A stretch of 64,000 nucleotides of DNA, taken from positions 10,288,587-10,352,586 of the forward strand of contig CM120648.1 of the NCBI GenBank assembly GCA_051362555.1. Direction: 5' to 3'. This DNA comes from Lingula anatina. Its lineage: Eukaryota; Animalia; Brachiopoda. The position numbers were made by a program, and so were the translations under genes. The notes beneath the pieces were generated by a model. The model worked only from the letters and a program-made list of their open reading frames with translations, had not been told where the DNA came from and searched no databases. This document shows, piece after piece, positions 63,171 through 64,000 of the stretch (its first letter is position 1; every line of letters begins with the position of its first letter).

Positions 63171-64000
63171 AACTTTTGTTTACTCGACCGTCATAGATGC
63201 ATCAAAGACCCAGTGTATATAATTACTTATAACTATCAGTGCTTTAGTGAGCCTTTAATGTGAGGTACCGTAGCTTTTGCCACATGTATATATAAATGTT
63301 TTGTATGGTTAGAAACACTTCATGGAATTGGTTTTAAAAAGATGCTCATAAACTTCTTTGTTTTAGTTTAAGTTGTAGATGCTTGTAAAGTTGATTTTAA
63401 GAAAGCATCGCTTATTTTGTATGTTTGTCTTGAATTTGAACCAAACATTCTGTTAATTAATTTCACTTAATATAATTATGTTTATGTGTACCAAACATAA
63501 TGTTCATCCATTGTTAATAGTGCTTAGCTGTTTTTAGAAACAATTTATCTTTAATGAGCATGATATTTTGCCTAAAGTTTTGATTACTCTACATGTGTTA
63601 TATATATTTATATTAGATGTAAAAAAAGTGGAAATAGCTATTAGATGTAATATATAATTATATTTTGTGTTGTATTAAACAGCCCTAGCAGTGCCTTTTT
63701 TGCAGATTTGAAAAAATATTTTGCAAGTGTAAATAGTTTTGAAGAAGTACAATCATATCTTGTTAATTAGTAATTGGTTTTTAATTTTACAGGCACAAAA
63801 CTTGCACTATTTCAAATGATATATAAATGTCCCTAACTATATGCTACAGTCCCAGTTAATACATGTATTCATGAAATCTCTTATATTAATTTATTTTTGA
63901 ATATAAGAAGTTTAAAAACCATTTTTGAACTATATTTTTCTTTCCCTTCATTTATTTATTTTTTGTATTTAATTATAAAAATAGCTTCCTTGTTATGGTA

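Overview
AT-rich, intron-rich eukaryotic (invertebrate animal-like) genomic DNA. No prokaryotic features, CRISPR arrays or RNA genes were seen. The left half holds a minus-strand cluster of three TNF-receptor-superfamily-like genes, which I reconstructed by hand from splice sites; the ORF track misses most of their exons. Gene C (1183-2257) runs off the left edge. Gene B (6546-11508) lacks an identified start exon. Gene A (20467-30485) is complete at about 474 aa. A and B are clear paralogs with matching exon sizes and phases and EDAR/XEDAR/TROY-like cysteine-rich ectodomains. Their tails are unrelated and lack a death domain: A carries a TRAF2/3-type PIQES motif, while B carries a TRAF6-type PTECTE motif, ten 8-aa repeats and a polyproline tract. 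The right half is a plus-strand ephexin/SGEF-family RhoGEF gene (DH-PH-SH3, 21 coding exons, about 1640 aa), head-to-head with gene A. Mobile DNA includes a 5'-truncated CR1/L2-type LINE, Helentron/DINE-like elements (one with about 12 x 146-bp repeats rich in AGGTCA DR1 sites), a 3.7-kb Academ-like fold-back element just after the RhoGEF stop, and many nested MITEs. All family assignments come from recalled motifs, not from database searches.
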